From contig OZ024746.1 in the NCBI GenBank assembly GCA_964016885.1, positions 45,694,001 to 45,758,000 of the forward strand: 64,000 nt of DNA. The letters run 5' to 3'. This document shows positions 13,266-27,165 of this stretch, piece by piece. Source of the DNA: Eledone cirrhosa. Taxonomy: Eukaryota. Position 1 is the stretch's first letter. Every line of letters begins with the position of its first letter. A model generated the notes under the pieces. It was not told where the DNA came from. It did not search any database and saw only the letters and a program-made list of their open reading frames with translations. The position numbers and the translations under genes were made by a program.

Positions 13266-14574
13266 TAAAACTATAATAATATATGTGTATTATACTACAA
13301 TAAATTGTACATATATCTTATAACTAAAACAAACACTGTGAAATATAATGTAGAATCTATAAATAACGTCTTCAGAATAATATTTACTTCTTTTTATAGT
13401 CAAAAACAAAATCCAATTTTCTGTAAGTTAAATATTTATATGTTCTTGATCTATGATGTCTAAGTATATTACTTAAACATAGTTGTCAATAATAATGTTT
13501 CACTAATACCCCAAAATACATCCTTTACCTAATCATATTATTTCTTCTCACCATACAAGAAAGACTCAATACCTTTCTTAAAAAAATAGTGTGAAATAGC
13601 TCCAAGGTCATCATCAGACCATTGAATACAGCTTCAAAAATGTCTCAACTAACCTCAAAATATCTTATCTAAACCCAAAAATGTCTTATACAACATCATG
13701 GAAAAGTGGGCGTAAAAGGTGGACAATAATGATGATGAATCTTAATAATAATCCATAACTGAAAACATAATTACTAATAACCTTGGCTAAAATAGTTGCA
13801 CATGATGTTAGAGGAGCATTTCATAAAGGATTTTAATTACTTAGACATAAATGAACATATTTGCTTTCTTTATATCACATCTTTATCAAAACAGTAAGAT
13901 TTTCATTTTAAAATGGAACACATTTTGATATGTCTCTACACTCTCCTTTCATTTCAGTTTGCAAACCTCAAATGAGGATGTTAAGCATTCTCATCCCCTC
14001 ATCAACATAATCATTAGCATCATTATTTAACATCCATTTTCCCTGCCTGTAAGGGTTGAATGGGTTGTCACAGACCATGTCAGTTCTTAATCAGAGCTAT
14101 TGACCACTCAGACAAACTGGGGCTTGCTTCTCATTTACATAAGTTCCCAGACTCTACATAGTATACAGAGTGCATTTTATCATGGCACCAGTATTAAGGA
14201 AGTTGTCATATCTTTGGCTCAACTGAAAAGTCCTCCTGACATTTTGTTTGGCAGGTTTTCTATAGTTGGATGCTTTTCAATCACTTTACAAAGTGTACTG
14301 GGAGTATTTATCATGTAGATCACTAACACTAGAGAGGTTATCATGCCCTGGACACATATGAAAATTTCCCCCACCTCTTTTTTGGCAAGTGGACAGGTCT
14401 TTTCATTTATAGCTATTTTTTTTTACATAAATCAACACATATTTAGCTATTTTCTTCCAAACATCTTTTCAATTTTAAAAGTAATATTTTCTGTATTTAT
14501 ATCTGTATTTAAATCAGCTAAGAGAAAATTTATAAAACCATTAGTTTAAATGAAGTATTAAAGATTGACAAGCA

Positions 14575-14865
14575 TCAGAGTGTGGTCATTTTGGTGCCGT
14601 GACAGTGCACCCAGTCCACACTGTAAAGTGATTGTGTTGATGCCACAACAAAAAGCATCCAGCCCATACTGTAAAGTGGTCATGTATGTGACAGAATAAA
14701 AAGAAACCTGTCCACTCTGAAAATGTGGTTACCATAGAAATCTAGCCAGAATCAGTTCTGTATGAGCAAGATATGGTCATCTGATCTGGCTTGTCTCACA
14801 ATGGGACAACTCATCTAACCCATACCAGCATGGAAAAATGGACGTTAAATGATGATGATGATGGT
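14575..14865 (+). mobile_element. RTE-associated 3'-end repeat with (GAT)n tail
   Basis: aaaagcatccagccc..ctgtaaagtggt...ccagcatggaaaaatggacgttaaatgatgatgatg; same 3' end as the RTE at 63440-64000; an opposite-strand relative lies at ~14010-14340. Confidence 0.7.
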
Positions 14866-15762
14866 GTTGTTGTTCTTGATGCTGTTGTGTATCCCCAGGA
14901 CAGTTCTGATTGAATAGAACTATGGGCCATGGATAGTTAGCTGGAGTACTATGTGTGACCTATAGCTAGGCCTAGCCGGCAACATCTTTGATCATAGGTC
15001 TGCCATATCAGGACTGATCCAAGCCCAAACAAGAACAAGATGGTTAGAAATAGTGTTCCATGAGTTGCAATTCTGAGAAAGAAAAAAAATGATATTTCAG
15101 TAATAAGACATGGAAAAGGTGACAAGAGGGGAGATAATGAGGGGAACATTTAGGAAGTATAGTTTAATGGATAGTGTTCAACACTGTTGTTGTTCTTTAG
15201 CCTCAAGTGAGCTCTGATCTGATCACGCAGATTTATTATCAAAGTGATCCAGCCATGACCATCCAATCTTATTTTCACACAATGTGTATTCTCCAATAAA
15301 ATCTTTTTTTGTTTGTTTAATAGTAAGCAAAATTCAACAGCTATTTTTAGCAGATTATTTACCCATGTAGAGGCTCCCTTGTTAGTTGGCATTGTGCACT
15401 AGAAAATGGATGGGGTAAGGGAATAGCATAGCACCATAGTGATCAAAGATTTATCAATATAGCTAAATTTCAAAGGAATGTTAGTTTCTATCTTGAGACT
15501 GTGACTTATATTAATATTTCAACATTTCCATATTTAAATGTTGCCTGTTTCATTTATTCAATTTGTAGATGGAGAAACATTCTGTTTAACACCACATGGA
15601 AGTAGGAGCATTAATTTCATAATGCCTATTATTAATAACTCTTAATATTTCTAACACTATAATCTCATATGAGGAAAACAACAAAATTGTAAACTTGGAT
15701 GAGTTCTAAGGATTATTTACATTAGAAGAACATTATTGCCTGCAAGCAATTATAATATCTGA

Positions 15763-16112
15763 CAGTTATTGCTGAATTATTAGCATTTGAATAATTTACA
15801 CACACATGCACGTATGTATGCATATGCAAATACATGTATTATGTGTGTGTTTGTGTGTGTATATATACATTCATATAAGCTACTGCTGTGTTGGCAGTCT
15901 TGTTTTATTGTTATTATATATCAAGGAGTACACTTAATAGCTTTTAGGCAATACTACATGGAATAGAAAGATGTAAACACCTTTTTTTTATATAGAATAT
16001 CTTTGCAGGCAAAAACTTAAACGGGATCAGACAGACCAGTTGCAATCCTTTGCTGGTATTTTATCAGTAACTTAAGTACGCAGTTATTGCAGAATTATTA
16101 GCATTTGAATAA

Positions 16113-16143
<31 letters not shown>

Positions 16144-16356
16144 GCATGTATGCATGCATATGCAAATACACGTATGCGTGTGTATGTTTATACATATATA
16201 TGTGTGTGTATGTTTATACATGTATGTGTGTGTATGTTTATACATATATGTAAACACCTTTTCTTCATATGGAATATCTTTGTAGACAAAAATATAAAAG
16301 GGATCAGACAGACTAGTTTCAACCTTTTGCTGGGATTTTATCAGTAACTAAGTACA
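15763..16356. repeat. Diverged tandem duplication (units 15763-16080 and 16081-16356)
   Basis: Both units start cagttattgc.gaattattagcatttgaataa and end gggatcagacagac.agtt...ttttatcagtaact(t)aagtac. Confidence 0.85.
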
Positions 16357-16383
16357 CTTCTGAACTGCTAACAGAAATATTGG

Positions 16384-16630
16384 TTAACACTTTTGATACC
16401 GAATAGCCTGAAACTGCCCCTGTTCCTATGATACAGAACTGTTTGCTTTAATGTGTTTCTATGTATCTAAATCCCTTCCACCTTAAAGTTTATATAGAAA
16501 CCTGTGTTAAATTATATTCCAAACACCAGCTGAATATTTAGTTATTTTGTTAAATCCATGAATATTTTCAAAATTATTTGAAAATCATCAACAACATATT
16601 TTATTAGAAATTTAGTAATGAAAGAGTTAA
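16384..16630. mobile_element. TTAA-flanked piggyBac-type MITE (family 2)
   Basis: Ends ttaacacttttgatacc / agtaatgaaagagttaa; homologous copy at 39731-39946. Confidence 0.6.
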
Positions 16631-16725
16631 GAAAATCAGTTGCATATCATAATGCATTTTAGGCAGTTACTTTCATTTCAATGTTGTTATATACTACAAA
16701 ATATTTGTATAGATATTAACCAAGA

Positions 16726-16944
16726 CTATGTTAATGACAAATATAAAAACCTTGTCATTATATACAATATCCAAATGAACAGAAAAAGAGAGATCAATTG
16801 AACTAATTCAATCATGTGGGAAGATTTCCTTGGTGACTGAATATCAAGATGGATACCTCTCTCACTGGCCTCTGTATTTTTGTCTTCAAAGATATTGTGT
16901 ATGAAATTATGGTGTTTACTTTTGTCTATTGCATACTGTGTAGG
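16726..16944 (-). CDS. Candidate terminal coding exon ending in a hydrophobic (TM/GPI-signal-like) tail
   Basis: Acceptor tattttag| followed by 72 open codons PTQYAIDKSKHHNFIHNIFEDKNTEASERGIHLDIQSPRKSSHMIELVQLISLFLFIWILYIMTRFLYLSLT*; no homology recognised. Confidence 0.35.
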   Translation of the reverse strand, partial: PTQYAIDKSKHHNFIHNIFEDKNTEASERGIHLDIQSPRKSSHMIELVQLISLFLFIWILYIMTRFLYLSLT

Positions 16945-17949
16945 CTAAAATATAGTCATATACTCTTTAGTATATCATAGCAAACACACACAAATACACA
17001 CACATATGTACACACTAACCTACATACTCATCAACACCCACGAGAAAATTGAACTTTTTTACACCCACATATTCTTAAATATTGATATTTTCTTTATGCA
17101 TGTGTTCAAATCCCCCCAAGGTTAGCTTTATCTTTCATATTTATGGAGCCAATAAAATAAAGTACCAGTTATGCAACTTTTCATTCCTGCTAAATTGTTG
17201 GCCTTGTGCCTAAATCAGAAGCCATCATAAGAAACAGTATTTAATACTATATACATCTAAAGAAAAGTCTGTCACTAACGAAATTTATTGATATCTATTA
17301 AGTTATATGATGTTTTTGAATAAATAAACAACAAACAAAAGGCTAGGGGAAGATATGAAACATAGGAAGGAACATCTTAGGGGGAAATAAAGGCAATAAT
17401 ATTTAATTGAGTAGAGATCAGAGAAAGTAGCAGTAGTGGTGGTGGTGGTGGTGGTGGTGGTGGTATTATAAATGAAGTGGGTCAAACAGGGAATAAAACT
17501 ACATCACAAAATTTGTTCATTAAAAAACTATTTTACACATCATTGACTTCCCCAAAATAATAACAATGATTATCTACCCAGGCATTAAACCTTAAGTATA
17601 TATATGTGTACGTATGTATAGATAAATACGTGTGTATATAAACATATGTGTGCGTATGTGTGTGTCTATACACACACATGAACACTCACACACATATATA
17701 TATAATCCAATCCTTGCTGAGGAAATGGCCAGATGATGATTATGATGATAATGATAATGATGATGATATATGCATGTGTGTGTATGTGTAATGTTTGAAC
17801 AAAAGTTCTGTCCAATTTTTTAGCCAAAATTATTGAAAAATATCTATTAAAATTCTTTATTTATTTGATATTTAGTTATGCCACCATAAGTGATATATCA
17901 CTCCGTATTCAAAATTAAGAATGTTATTTATGTAAAGGCTCTCTTTAGA

Positions 17950-18200
17950 ACTGCCAACTATGCAACCATTACTGTGAGACATTGTATGTACAATGTTTCC
18001 AATGGCTAATTTGGACAGAGTCGTTACTGGAGATGATAATTGGATCCTTCATCAGTATGTTAAGTGCTGTCACTAGTGATATAGTTGTCGTGATAGACCT
18101 ACCCAGCAGCCAAGATGAGACTGCATCCAAGGAAAACCCTGCTAAATATGTAGTTAGATATGGAAGGAATAGTTTGTTGTGAACTGCTAAACTATACTCA
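17950..18200 (+). mobile_element. Mariner/Tc1 transposase relic
   Basis: NLDRVVTGDDNWILHQYVK (first catalytic D, cf. IVTGDEKW) and DMEGIVCCELL. Confidence 0.75.
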
Positions 18201-19741
18201 AACCATCACATCTGGCAAGACAAGGTTGCAGACATGGAAGTACTCCAATAAGTAAAACTTCTTTCAATACAAATATTTGAAAGTAATGTTTCATAGTTAG
18301 CTATTTAGAGTAAAACTCTGGGGTCTACTCATTAAAATCTATTGACATTATATACTGGGTAAGTCTAAATGTTTTTATCATTGTTCATCTGCCACATGGG
18401 AATATTTCAGTATTGTAACAATGGGAGGTAATTCAAGCAAATGTTTTGATTTTTTATATAATGATCTTATACATATAAATAATGTAAATATTTAATTATT
18501 GAAAAGAAAGAAAATTAAATGTTAAAAAAACATTTGTGTAATATTTTTTCTGTTTCAGTATAATGGCTAATTCCTGAAGCTTACTGAATGAGCAGATTCA
18601 GCAATGGAAACCCGGAGGGAAATCAATGAAATTTTACAATTTATGGAATATTCTTCTAAAGAATTTGAAATTGTAATTGAATCTATAAAAAAAAAATTAA
18701 TTGGAGTCGCTATCATTTTTGACAGCATTGACAGACTACTACAAGTAGTAGTAGTAGAAGTAGTAGTAGTAGCAGCAGCCGTAGCAGCTGTAACAATACT
18801 TATAGTATTGATTAGCTAATTTAGACCCATGAAAAGCAATTTTGGGGAAGGGATAGTCGATTAAATTGAGACAGTATTTGGTTGGTACTTTACTTTTCAA
18901 TCTCAGAAGAGTAAAAAGCAAAGTAAAAGATTTGAATTCAAGATGCAATTTTACTTTGCATTTAAATTCTGATAGGAATGCAAAATAAAAAATCTCCACT
19001 TCCTTAGCTAAATTAAAAGTGATAACATTAGATGCTCTCTAAAGTGGGATATTATTAATACTGCCAAACCACTTTGGAGGAGGGAGAACTAAATGCAATG
19101 TTTATTTAACTGAGGTGTGGGAAATAATCACTTCAAAACTTAACATGCTAAGTTTTAAAAATTAAATATGAGCCAAAACAAATGTCACAAAGCATTTGTC
19201 TAATACCCGAGTAATTCTGCACCCCCCCCCCCCACCATTAAAGTGTGGATTTTTTTGTGTAAGAATATAACCAAAGGACCATGTAAAATTAAAACAAAAG
19301 AAAATTCCCCAATAGAGGGAGGTTTTTGAGAAAGCCCACAATAAGTCATGGTCACCATGACCAATAGAAAAAGTTGCCCCTTCCACAGGTGTATATTCAG
19401 AGCAGGTCAATTCATTCAGATCAAGTCTATATTCTCAGTTACCTTTCAACAAAATACCTGGAAGACAGCACTTCCTTCTCCACCCTGATTTTTCTCTTTA
19501 TGTGAAATTTTAAAAATGTTAATCACTGCCTCACCAAAGACGTAAGTTTCTGTCTTCAACTCTTTCAACCATGTCTGCCACACAAACTCTTTTGCTATGG
19601 CCCCAAGCCATTTCAAGACTACTTGCTCTAACTGACTAAAAAATACAGCATGGCTATCTTTATGCTGAACTTAGTTGGTAGCCACTTCCCTCCTGAATGT
19701 GACAACTGCTGGTTGACATAGCTCCATTACTATCACCACCT

Positions 19742-19970
19742 TTAACCATTTAACATTTAAACCTGCCACATCTGGCCAGAATTCTCTCACGTCTTTCTGT
19801 TTAAACTGATCATAACCAGCCACTCATACTGATGTTAAGGTATTGTTCTCAAAATAAATGATATCAAAATCTCATAGATTCGATATTATGTGAGACAATT
19901 ATGTGAGATAAAGCCTTTACTGTGAAAATACAATAGTAAATATAGAGTAATGTAAATGCTAAAGGGTTAA
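19742..19970. mobile_element. TTAA-flanked piggyBac-type MITE (family 1)
   Basis: TIRs ttaaccatttaacattta / taaatgctaaagggttaa; inverted full copy at 32000-32228 and partial copy at ~11300-11344. Confidence 0.8.
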
Positions 19971-21876
19971 AGCAAACAACAGTGAAACAACTGTCAAAAG
20001 TGTTGCATTTACAAATGTAACAAACACATTAGAAAAATATATCATGAATGAAGAGAAAGAAGCCAGAGATATATGTCCTATTAATCCAAAAGCACTATAT
20101 GATATACTGCAATTTTTAAAATTTAGATAAAAACATATAGCAATAGGGATAAAATACACAAAATGTCTGTATATATGGATGGATGCATATTTGCTAGTGT
20201 CCAGCCCTTGTTAGCAGATAAAATGGACATTAAGTGATGCTATAAATATTCCACACCACTGGACACTTCTCCAGCCATCCACTCCATACCATGGAAAATA
20301 TCCAGGATCTCTTCTCACACTCGATGGAATTACCTCAGGAACTTACCTATGAACATATACTCACATTTTTTTTCGCACCACGCCACCCACATCCACACCA
20401 CATATAAACACAAACACACACGTGCGTACCCCACTTATTTACAATCTCAACCTCCAGAATCCAGAACATGGAACCTCGTCCTTCTTCTCACATACACACA
20501 CACACACACTCACGTACACCTATACACATACACAAACACCACCTTCAGCCTTCCCAACTCCACCCGCCACCACCCTTACACGCCTTCCACCCTTCCACCA
20601 CTTGCTCATCTTATTGTTAATTCTTATGTTTATTTTTCGTTTATTTTTATTTTTATTTTTATTTGTTCTCCTTCCCCCTTTTTTCTAAATGTATTTCCAC
20701 ACACACTTGGAACTCTCTTCCTAACCTATTTATCACTCTCAAAAGCGTGAACCTAATAAACCTTTATTTGTCTGCCTCTCTGTTTTGTTCCCGTATAAAT
20801 TTGCACTATATATATATATATATATATATCTTCTAAATTTTTATTGATTTTTTGCTGTGACCTGTTCTTCCTCTCCGTTTCCCTTGTTATTATTAACTCT
20901 TTTCCTTCCCCCCTCTCCCTTTCTTTCTTTCCCTCTCTCTCTTCCTCTCCCACTCACTTATACTCTCTTTCTCTCTACTCCCTTACTACTTCCATTTTCT
21001 CTCCTCTCTGCCTCTTTTCGCCTGGTCCTGCCGAGGTTAGACTTGTTTTTCTTCGCTCTCCCTATCTTGCTGTCAATAAGGCCTCAGACTTATGTCCAAC
21101 CACCGGTTTGACTTCTCTCTCTCTCCTGGTTACTTACATACATGTGCTTCTCCTCATGTCCCCCCCCCCCTTATCGGTATGTTTTTTGTGCCTTTTTTTT
21201 CTCTTTTTTCCCTTCGGTTTAATTTATTTTTCACTCTCCTTTTTTCCTTCCCTAATAACTTACAAAAGTTATTGATGCACTGGGGATAGACTTATTGTCT
21301 TTAATGCATTGAAATGTCTGAGACCCCCAGCAAACAACTGAAGAGGGGACCTGCCCCTTGTTTGTGCTTTGCTTTTATTTCTAAATACACTTTATCAAGT
21401 AACCACGCAGCCCCTTGTTCCTTCTAAACTTTTATTAATACATATATATATATTTAAGCATGCAAACATATATACATACTTACATATACTATTTGTATAG
21501 CCTGGTTCACTGATATTCAAATTTTGCCAATGCTGGTTAGTCATCCAATGAAGACATTAGTTGATGCAATTTAAAAAACATTGTTTAATCTAGGAGAATG
21601 ATGAGAGTTTGGGAAATTTGTTTGAATGTGAAAAGGTTGAAGGGCAATTTTGTTTGGGTGTGATTATTGTTTTGAATGAATTAAATTTTCTCTGTGACCT
21701 TTGCTTTGTAAGCATATTATGTTAATAAAGATATCTTTATTTATCATGAATGACCCATTCCTGCATATATTAGTAAACGACTTGCACATAGAGACTTCAA
21801 TTGTGTTGGGATGGGGAAAAGGTTATATAAAAATAAAGGAAGGTAGGGAAACTGTATAAGACATATATATATATAT

Positions 21877-21918
<42 letters not shown>

Positions 21919-21923
<5 letters not shown>

Positions 21924-22784
21924 TTGAAAAAAATGAAAACGAAAAACGAAATTTCATTTCTCACTCTTAGTATGGCACTTACTTAAATGTAAGTATGTAT
22001 GTATACGTACATACATATATGTATACAGACGTACAGTAGCATGTATATATATATATATATACATACATGCAGGTACACATACATATATGCACGCATCAGT
22101 TTAGCAGACGCTTATTATAGCGCTGCTTTGTTCGTTTGTCAACAAACTGAACAGCCTGAATTTATGCCATACGGTGTCAGTGTTGAACAAAAAGGTGACG
22201 TGGTTGCCTTAACACCGTATGGCATAAATTCAGGCTGTTCAGTTTGTTGACAAACGAACAAAGCAGCGCTATAATAAGCGTCTGCTAAACTGATGCGTGC
22301 ATATATGTATGTGTACCTGCATGTATGTATATATATATATATACATGCTACTGTACGTCTGTATACATATATGTATGTACGTATACATACATACTTACAT
22401 TTAAGTAAGTGCCATACTAAGAGTGAGAAATGAAATTTCGTTTTTCGTTTTCATTTTTTTCAACTTATCGTTTTCGGTATGCCTGACCGATTTAACTCAC
22501 TCAATATGCAAATTAGGCTGCTCAGCCGTTAATTTTCATAAGGAAAGTATATACTTTCGAACGTTCAACTATCTGGCAGATGGGTAAACGGTGCTGATGA
22601 TAGCTAACAAGCTTGAAACTAGTACATCGTTCCTGTGTCAGTGTTGAACAAAAAGGTGACGTGGTTGCCTTAACACCGTATGGCATAAATTCAGGCTGTT
22701 CAGTTTGTTGACAAACGAACAAAGCAGCGCTATAATAAGCGTCTGCTAAACTGATGCGTGCATATATGTATATGTACCTGCATG

Positions 22785-22821
<37 letters not shown>

Positions 22822-22868
22822 GCTACTGTACGTCTGTATACATATATGTATGTACGTATACATACATA

Positions 22869-22869
<1 letters not shown>
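21919..22869 (+). mobile_element. HHR-bearing PLE-type/retrozyme-like insertion: inverted arm plus tandem units (period 461 bp) in (TA)n
   Basis: Arms 21919-22177 and 22212-22468 are reverse complements apart from one TA unit, with a 34-nt spacer; sequence from 22174 recurs at 22635; (TA)n on both flanks. Confidence 0.85.
22587..22631 (+). ncRNA. Minimal type I hammerhead ribozyme
   Basis: aacggtg-CTGATGA-t-agct-aaca-agct-t-GAAA-ctag-TA^catcgtt: 7-bp stem I, 4-bp stem II, palindromic ACTAGT stem III, GUA cleavage site after 22624. Confidence 0.85.
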
Positions 22870-22931
<62 letters not shown>

Positions 22932-23015
22932 ATAAGGTATTGTTAAAAATATGTTATTCCTATGTAATTGTATTCTTATGTATTGAGACCGCACACATAT
23001 ATTATAGATTATATG

Positions 23016-23063
<48 letters not shown>

Positions 23064-23090
23064 ATATATATATGTATTTATAAATATATG

Positions 23091-23121
<31 letters not shown>

Positions 23122-24344
23122 GTACACATATATATCCATATGTAGTTGATGGACAAGAGAAAAGAGTACTTGATGTATATTATATATTCTAATATATATA
23201 TATATATATATTATATGTGTTCAGTAAAAGTTGTTTTGGTAAAAAACAGAAGTAAGCAGGAGAAAGCTCTCTACATTCGTAATTTTGTCTGCTGGGTACA
23301 CAAGAAGAAGGACGTGTTTTTTTTTTTAACTGCGGCATATAACATAACCAGATTTTCATGTGAAGATACCATTCCCAAACCAACAACAAATGCATACATT
23401 ACATCGTGGATGACATAAGGGAACCATTGAGATAATTATAATGAATAAACGATTTATGTAACATCAGCATCTTTCTTACATTTAATATATCTTTTTAGTC
23501 AGTTAAAATATTACAGAAAGGCTTGGACCATGTCTTGTTAATGATTTCTTATAAGACCAAAACATTTCTTGAGTTGGCACCATAGTGCTAAATACCAGAC
23601 ATGCTTCCCACTGCATCCATATTTAAGGAATTTTAGTTAATTAAAATTTCATGGTTGTCTCCTTTATTTTTTTTTTTAGTTTATAATTAACAATTTAGAT
23701 AATAATTAGTTTACTTCCAAGGGTACAATATTAATTAATTAAATCTTGCTACATCAGTTATGTTAGTGTGTACTTTTCTGTTAAGTTTTCTTGCAGCAGG
23801 CATTTTTGGGTATCTTTCCCCTTAGTCATTTCTGTGAAGATAAACTGTAGAGAGTGTGAAGATGGTGAAGAAATGATTAATCCCATCTTCACAGAGTTTG
23901 AGATTTCATACACATGAAATTATCCCAAGTTGTACAACTATACACTGCAAAAGATTTCAAAAACAAACATATGTTACACAAGGTTTCTAAGTGTTACACA
24001 GATAGGGAAAAATAAAGTAAATTCTAAGACATAATTATAAAAGATCAATAAGACTTGAAGTTGTAAAGGATGGTTAAGTTGCTAGAGTCCTTCAGGGAAC
24101 ATTTATCTAATGAAGAGCTGATGCTATTAGATCAAGTGTAAATATAAATTGTGTTTTACAACTCTATTACATAATGATTTTTTACCACTTCATCCATTTT
24201 ATAAAATTTCAACGAGTTGCTAGACCTTTTTATTTACTTCCTTTCAGCAGACAAAAATAATGATATTTTCTGAATGTAACAGGATTTTATTTAACATACA
24301 AATCAAATGAAACATGTGTATATGTAAAATAAATATCTATACAT

Positions 24345-24645
24345 GGTACCTTAACTCCTGACAGAGTCATAGGTGCACCATATTGACATAAGGCGCTTCT
24401 TGGGCATTCGTAAACTTGGTGGAGCTCATCCCTATCTAGGTAGGAATACAGCAGATTTCTTCCAAAGAAGGATAGAGAGAGTGAGAGAATGGAAGTGAGA
24501 AAGAGATATAGAGGAAGAATTGATCCCTGTACTAGACTTTTTTTATCGACCTCAAAAGGATGAAAGGCAAAGTTGACCGTGACAGGATTTTTAAGCCAGA
24601 GACCAGATAGCTGAAACTAATACTGCAAAGCATTCTAACTGCCGA
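24345..24645 (-). mobile_element. SINE variant with 3' extension (copy 2)
   Basis: Reverse complement homologous to 8672-8972 and 60133-60452. Confidence 0.75.
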
Positions 24646-24660
24646 TTATATATATATATA

Positions 24661-24766
<106 letters not shown>

Positions 24767-25297
24767 TAAAGAGATAAAAGGTTGCAAATTAGCAGAGTAG
24801 TTGGAACTTCAGATAGAATGATCTACAGGTAATATACATATATATACATATTATATATATATATATAATCCTAATCAAGCCCTCTTTGGATTTTAGTCTT
24901 CATAATTATTATTACTATATATATATCAGTGGTGAAGAGTGACATGGAAAGTAGGGCATGCAGTCCATGATGCAAACCAATCAGTGGATAATTATCAATA
25001 GCACTGATACAATGTTTCAGAATAAGGGTGTATATAAACCTATATATAACATGCTTATATATGATATATATATACATTTTGTCTTGTTGTGAGTATTTTA
25101 GTCTATGTTTATATCACAGCTAGTTCAGTATCAGGATAAGAATGCTGGGTGTAAGTCACTGTTATTACAATTCATTAACACTTGCTTAGACCCAGTTGCT
25201 AAGGTAGTGAAGATAATTTGTTATAGGTTGTGTAAACAAAATATACTTGGTGAAGGTTTATTTATATATATTTAAAGCTTAACCAACTAGTTGTAAT

Positions 25298-25517
25298 TAA
25301 TGGTTTCTGATTTAAGCACACAGTCAATAATTTTGAGGGAGAGGAAAGTTGATTAAATTGACCCCGGTGCATTACTGGTGCTTTATTTTATTGAACCCTT
25401 TAGAATGAAAAGCAAAGCTAACCTTGGCAGGGTTTGAACTTAGAATATAAATGGACATAACTTTATGCCACAAAGCATCTTGTCCAATGCTCTACAGATG
25501 CTGCCAATATACCACCC
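25298..25517 (-). mobile_element. SINE main family, older copy
   Basis: gcattactggtgctttattttattgaaccc...gaaaagcaaagctaaccttggcagggtttgaact...gccaatataccacc. Confidence 0.85.
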
Positions 25518-26494
25518 TAGTAGTCATCATCATGGTCCCCTAACCCTTTTCAGGATCGTTGGGGCACTGCACTGTTGAACGTTGCACCAACTGCTTCCAT
25601 CTCTGACAGTCATGGATGAGTACTTGGGTTGTGGCAAAGTTCTTTCCTGTCCACCCAGCTACGTTATCTACCCTAGGAGTAACAAATGATAAAATTAACA
25701 GGATGATTCAGAATAAAGTCCTATATGAACCCATATACAATATGATTACATATAATTAATAAACATACATTTAGGCACACAAAATTTATAAGATTATATC
25801 ATCATCTTCCATATCTCAGGATCTCTGTGTGAGTGAGTGCTGATAAACTGTAATGACAGTGAAATGCATCCACCAGTCTTTCTCCAATGATGAGATTGTT
25901 GTAACATGGTCACTTCTATGGCTTGTAGTGCACCTGAGCACAGTACACAATAATTTCATTATTATTCTTAAAATACTTACAACTAGACTGCGCGTATGTT
26001 TATTATATGTAAACATATTGTATATACGCTTTTATTATTTCTTAACTTTGCATAAGTTATTCATTCTGTATGCAAATATTGATGGTAATGAACTATAGAG
26101 CAGATGATAGTGTCCTTCATCTTCCCAGTAACTTCCATTGCACCAACACTTCTCAGACAACAGTCAACATTTTTTCTCATGAGAATATATATACCCTATT
26201 ACATTTATTATCAATTCCTAAATGTATTTTGCTACAAATGTTTTTATGTATACATACTATGTGCATTTAAAAAAATGTTATTTTGATGTCTAAAAGTGGT
26301 TGTATTACTTGTTGCTTTACTTTGATTTCTATTTTATTTTCCTTCCAAAAACATTCTGGTGGAATACTTCACAATTTATGCCATGAAAATTAATGGGAGA
26401 ATTGGTTTCGCATAATGGAATTTCGCATTGTGCCAAACTTTTCAGGAGTGCTATGCTTCTATAATGCAATGGATGTTGCCATATATTATATGAC

Positions 26495-26539
<45 letters not shown>

Positions 26540-26606
26540 GTAAATATATATAGATATATAAATGAAAGGTATAGAAAGTATTGTAGCAAGAAGCCAACAG
26601 TATTCC

Positions 26607-26640
<34 letters not shown>

Positions 26641-27082
26641 CATCATGAGATTCTCTTAGTATACATATTTCACTAGTGCAAGTGTCAGAAGTGTCAATAG
26701 TAACAGGAGTAATAATTTATTTTTAAGTGCTAGAAATCAATAACTAATAGGAATACATGAATATGAAGACACTTTTACAGATAAGCAGTTGGGGGAAAAG
26801 CTTGGCATTTTTCAATTTGACTTGCAAAATTATAACTCATCAATCAATATGCACTATATTAGTCAAAACACGTATGGTCAAACAGTGGTGATCTGAAATA
26901 GCACTTCTAACAATATCTTGTTATCATTTTAAACCTCTAGTTTTCTGATGCCTCTAAAAACATAAGGTCAGACAGGTTATATAGGAGTGAAATGGTTGGA
27001 ATGAAAATGTTGACAGGTCTAAGGAAGGCATCAAGGATGATAGCATAAATCCTCAATGCATTTTGATTCATTCTTTCAAGTA

Positions 27083-27165
27083 GATTGACTTTGCCTTTCA
27101 TCCTTACGGGGTCGATAAAATAAAGCACTGGGTAATTGTTGGCCTTGTGCTTAAAGTAGAAACAA
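27083..27165 (+). mobile_element. SINE main family, 3' fragment
   Basis: gactttgcctttcatccttacggggtcgataaaataaag...gtagaaacaa. Confidence 0.85.

Noticed and set aside
22506-22513. Octamer ATGCAAAT upstream of the HHR
   Set aside because: A single 8-mer in AT-rich DNA, expected by chance; the 51-kb copy does not cover it.
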